Below are positions 60,576 to 64,000 of a stretch of 64,000 nt of DNA, piece after piece. The notes below the pieces were generated by a model. It searched no databases, was not told where the DNA came from, and worked only from the letters and a program-made list of their open reading frames with translations. The translations under genes and the position numbers were made by a program. Numbering within the stretch: position 1 is the first letter of the stretch; each line of letters begins with the position of its first letter. The stretch is from an uncultured Pelagibacteraceae bacterium (lineage in GTDB: Bacteria; Pseudomonadota; Alphaproteobacteria; Pelagibacterales; Pelagibacteraceae), in contig CACALX010000003.1 of NCBI GenBank assembly GCA_902533445.1, positions 7,111-71,110 on the forward strand, read 5' to 3'.

Positions 60576-61963
60576 TTTAGTTTCTTATATTTAGTTATCA
60601 TTTTTTTAATATTTTCAAAAGAAGTTCCCCCAAATGATTTTTTTGAATTTATAGAGCTTTTTAAATTGAAAATTTCTAAAACCTTTTCTGTCAATTTTGG
60701 TTCAATTTTTTTGAGTTCATTTAAAGTTAATTCGCTTAAATTTTTCTTTCTTTTTTCAGCCATGTTAACAATAGCAGCCGTTTTTTGATATGCCTTTCTA
60801 AATGACATGCTATGTTCTCTAACTAAATAATCAGCTAGATCTGTTGCCGTAATATGACCTGTGTTTGCAAGTTCAAGCATTTTCTTTTTATTCGAACTAC
60901 AATTTTTTAAAACTTCATCAAATATTTTTAAGCAATTTACGAGAGTGTCATTCGAATTAAAAACTAATTCTTTATCATCCTGTAAATCTTTAAAATAGGA
61001 TAGTGGCAAGCCCTTTAGTATAGTTAGCATAGAAAAAAAATTTCCATAAGAAACACCAGTTTTTCCTCTTAGATATTCTAGAAGATCAGGGTTCTTTTTT
61101 TGAGGCATAATTGAAGAACCTGTAACAACTTTATCTGACAAGTTGATTAAGTTAAATCCATCTGAATTCCATATAATTAATTCCTCTGCAATTCTAGAAA
61201 TATGCATTGAACATACTGAAACAGCATAAAGAAAATCCAGCACAAAGTCTCTATCTGAAACTGTATCTATTGAATTATTGGTTGGTCTTTTAAATCCAAG
61301 TTTTTTAGATGTAAAATTTCTATCTATATTAAACGAAGTGCCTGATAGAGCCGCTACACCCAACGGATTTTCATCTAAATTATCTAAATTGTTTAAAAAT
61401 CTTTTTTTATCTCTGGTAAACATTTCCACATAAGCCATTAAATAATGGCCAAATGATATAGCTTGAGCATTTTTAAGATGAGTAAAACCTGGCATAATAG
61501 TCTCAACATTTTTTTCAGCCAGTTTAATTGTACTTTTGATTACTTTATCTATGTTGTTATTAATATCTTTTGTTGCGGTTTTGATCCAAATTTTAAAATC
61601 AGTTATTACCTGATCATTTCTTGATCTAGCTGTATGAATGTATCCAGCTTCATCGCCAATTATTTGAAATAATCTTTTTTCTATATTCATATGAATGTCT
61701 TCATACTTTTTGTTAAATTCAAATTTTTTGTAAGTTATTTCTTTATAAATTTTATTAAGACCATAAATAATTTTATTTTTTATTTTAAAGGAAATTATCT
61801 TTTGTCTAAAAAGCATTTCAACGTGTGCAATGGATCCTTGTATATCTTCTTTGTAAAGTCTCTTGTCTATATCAATAGAATTACCAACTTTTTGAAATAA
61901 GTTTGACGCATCCTTTTGTATTCGTGTGTTCCATATTGCTTGGTTGTTTTTATTTTTTGTCAT
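60572..61963 (-). CDS. argH: Argininosuccinate lyase
   Basis: EDIH, HTARSRNDQ and GSSIMPQKKNPD motifs. Confidence 0.98.
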   Translation of the reverse strand: MTKNKNNQAIWNTRIQKDASNLFQKVGNSIDIDKRLYKEDIQGSIAHVEMLFRQKIISFKIKNKIIYGLNKIYKEITYKKFEFNKKYEDIHMNIEKRLFQIIGDEAGYIHTARSRNDQVITDFKIWIKTATKDINNNIDKVIKSTIKLAEKNVETIMPGFTHLKNAQAISFGHYLMAYVEMFTRDKKRFLNNLDNLDENPLGVAALSGTSFNIDRNFTSKKLGFKRPTNNSIDTVSDRDFVLDFLYAVSVCSMHISRIAEELIIWNSDGFNLINLSDKVVTGSSIMPQKKNPDLLEYLRGKTGVSYGNFFSMLTILKGLPLSYFKDLQDDKELVFNSNDTLVNCLKIFDEVLKNCSSNKKKMLELANTGHITATDLADYLVREHSMSFRKAYQKTAAIVNMAEKRKKNLSELTLNELKKIEPKLTEKVLEIFNLKSSINSKKSFGGTSFENIKKMITKYKKLK

Positions 61964-61987
61964 GATATTTAGTTATACCTAATTAAT

Positions 61988-62497
61988 ATGAGAATTTTAG
62001 CATTATTTATTTTTTTAATTGCAACTGCAGAAGCTAGTGATTTACCGAACATTAAAAATATTGTTATTCATAAAGTTCCAAAAACGTATGAAAACGTATT
62101 TTTTTTAAATAAAAAAAATGAAAAAATTAAAATTAATGATTTTAAAGGAAAATTGTTAGTTTTAAATTTTTGGGCTACCTGGTGTCCCCCGTGCGAAGAA
62201 GAGATGCCTTCATTAGACAATATGCAAGCAAATTCATCACTTAATAATTTAAAAGTTTTTCCTATTAATATTGGGAAAGAAAAACTAAATAAAGTTGAAG
62301 AATTTTTTGTAAAATTAAACTTAAAAAATTTAGAACCTTATTTTGATCCAGAAGTAACTTTAGCTAAATCTTTTTCTCTAAGAGGAGTTCCAACATCAAT
62401 ATTTATAAATAAAGAAGGTGAGGAATTTGCAAGGGTTCTTGGTGACTTAGACTTTAATGACAAAGATTTTTTAAAGTGGATTGAGAAATATAATTAG
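61988..62497 (+). CDS. TlpA-family thiol:disulfide oxidoreductase
   Basis: LNFWATWCPPC and GVPTS motifs; N-terminal signal or anchor. Confidence 0.92.
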   Translation: MRILALFIFLIATAEASDLPNIKNIVIHKVPKTYENVFFLNKKNEKIKINDFKGKLLVLNFWATWCPPCEEEMPSLDNMQANSSLNNLKVFPINIGKEKLNKVEEFFVKLNLKNLEPYFDPEVTLAKSFSLRGVPTSIFINKEGEEFARVLGDLDFNDKDFLKWIEKYN

Positions 62498-62697
62498 TTT
62501 TTAAAAAAATATGCAAAAGCTACCAAAACAAGTATGGCCACAAATTGCAGCAGAACTCTAAGCTGCATTAGTTTATTTGAATATTTTTTACTTGTTTCTC
62601 CACCTTTAAATAAAGTTCCAATACCCAAAACCAAAACTATTCCAACAGCTATTAGAAGAGTGATAGATAAAATTTTAACTAATATTCCAGTAAACAT
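62494..62697 (-). CDS. Twin-transmembrane-helix (HIG1-domain) small protein
   Basis: VLVLGI...SNKLMQLRVLLQ; start moved to ATG 62697. Confidence 0.85.
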   Translation of the reverse strand: MFTGILVKILSITLLIAVGIVLVLGIGTLFKGGETSKKYSNKLMQLRVLLQFVAILVLVAFAYFFKN

Positions 62698-62746
62698 ATT
62701 TTTATTGTAGTGTGTTTTTAAAAATAAAAAACATAATAAATTATCT

Positions 62747-63397
62747 ATGACATTTTGCCTTAATTCAATCATCATCAAACCAGAAGAAGGAACAGAAATT
62801 AAGAATGCGATAATTTTACTTCATGGGTATGGTGGAGATGGAAAAGACATAAGTATGTTAACTTTAAATTGGAAAAGACATTTGCCAAACACTATTTTTA
62901 TTTGTCCTAATGGATATGAAAAATGTGCAATTAATCCATCAGGATATCAATGGTTTGATTTAACCAAAGAAGATCCATCTTATATACTTGAAGAGTCAAT
63001 TAAAGCTGAAAATGTTATTAAAAAATTTATTGAGGAAATTAAAACTGAATACAACTTATCAAATCAACAAATTTGTTTATCAGGCTTTAGTCAGGGCTGC
63101 ATGATGTCTTTGAATGTTGGTCTTACCTCAAATGAAAAATTTTCATGTGTTGTAGGATTTTCAGGGAAAATAATAGATCAAATTAATTTGAAAGATAGAA
63201 TCAAAAATAGCACAGATACATTACTAATACATGGTGATGTCGACCAAATTGTTCCATCATTACATTTACTTGAAGCCAAAGATTTTTTAATTCGAAATAA
63301 TATTCCCGTTGAAACGTTATTAATAAAAAATTGTGACCATCACATTCCTATTGAAGCATCAAGTACAGCATTAAATTATATTTTAAAAAAAATTTAA
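62747..63397 (+). CDS. Phospholipase/carboxylesterase (alpha/beta hydrolase)
   Basis: LLHGYG, QWF, GFSQG, HGDVDQIVP and catalytic His. Confidence 0.9.
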   Translation: MTFCLNSIIIKPEEGTEIKNAIILLHGYGGDGKDISMLTLNWKRHLPNTIFICPNGYEKCAINPSGYQWFDLTKEDPSYILEESIKAENVIKKFIEEIKTEYNLSNQQICLSGFSQGCMMSLNVGLTSNEKFSCVVGFSGKIIDQINLKDRIKNSTDTLLIHGDVDQIVPSLHLLEAKDFLIRNNIPVETLLIKNCDHHIPIEASSTALNYILKKI

Positions 63398-63444
63398 CAT
63401 CTGATCATATTGATTATGATTTTAAACTAAGTTAATGTTATAAT

Positions 63445-64000
63445 GTGATCAATTTTATTGAACAAGACGTATCATTAGAAAAATGTCCTGCATTAGTTCT
63501 CAATGCTGATTACAGACCTCTTAGCTATTACCCGCTATCATTATGGTCATGGCAAGACACTGTGAAATCAGTTTTTCTTGATAGAGTTATCATCGTAAGT
63601 CATTACGATAGAACTATCAGAAGTCCTTCATTTAATATGAAGCTGCCAAGTGTTATAGCTTTAAAAGATTATATTGTTCCTCAAACGAAACCAAGTTTTA
63701 CTAGATTTAACGTTTTTTTGAGAGATAAATTCTCTTGTCAATATTGTGGAAGTAATGAGGAACTTACTTTTGATCATTTGCTTCCAAGATCTAAAGGTGG
63801 AGAAACAAATTGGGACAATGTTGTTACAGCTTGTTCGGCTTGTAATGTAAAAAAGGGTGGAAAATTATTAAAACATTCAGGAATGAAATTAAATCAATAT
63901 CCTTTCAGACCTTCAACAGAAGATTTACATAAAAATGGCAAGAATTTTCCTCCTAACTTTTTACATAAAAGTTGGATGGATTATTTATATTGGGATGTTG
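63445..64000 (+). CDS. HNH endonuclease (3' end outside window; not in ORF track)
   Basis: GTG start; PALVLNADYRPLSYYPLSLW...RDKFSCQYCG...TFDHLLPRSKGG...CSACNVKKG. Confidence 0.9.
   Translation, partial: MINFIEQDVSLEKCPALVLNADYRPLSYYPLSLWSWQDTVKSVFLDRVIIVSHYDRTIRSPSFNMKLPSVIALKDYIVPQTKPSFTRFNVFLRDKFSCQYCGSNEELTFDHLLPRSKGGETNWDNVVTACSACNVKKGGKLLKHSGMKLNQYPFRPSTEDLHKNGKNFPPNFLHKSWMDYLYWDV

Noticed and set aside
63445-64000. HNH gene as a mobile or defence element
   Set aside because: It matches the housekeeping-context alphaproteobacterial HNH family that follows the carboxylesterase, and no mobility genes are visible.

Overview
This is an AT-rich, tightly packed core-genome segment of a streamlined alphaproteobacterium. 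Gene content, gene order and protein sequences point to SAR11/Pelagibacterales (inference). It runs from mnmE-mnmG-rsmG-parAB, with a perfect parS inside rsmG, through leuS, a porin, grpE-dnaK-dnaJ, maeB, murJ-trpS, fur-miaB-phoH-ybeY-lnt-metK, nusA-infB-rbfA-rpsO-pnp, fabABI, an Irr-rubrerythrin-FeS oxidoreductase-DUF3501 module, coaBC/ubiBE/mutM and rpsT-dnaA-dnaN to argH-lysA. I saw no rRNA, tRNA, CRISPR array, transposase or integrase. Five CDSs missing from the ORF track were recovered by hand: an ArfA-like protein, a 55-aa membrane protein, a 32-aa peptide, an LptM-like lipoprotein and a partial HNH nuclease. The most unusual signals are (i) two covarying 25-nt GNRA hairpins that bracket a small secreted Cys/His protein gene after pnp and resemble the 3' hairpin of alphaproteobacterial two-piece tmRNA, (ii) a nine-unit AAYG array forming the pnp leader, (iii) a 39-aa ArfA-like gene with its own stop codon, and (iv) a 32-aa membrane peptide coupled to the rubrerythrin-associated oxidoreductase. 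All calls come from reading the sequence and recalling protein families; no searches were run.
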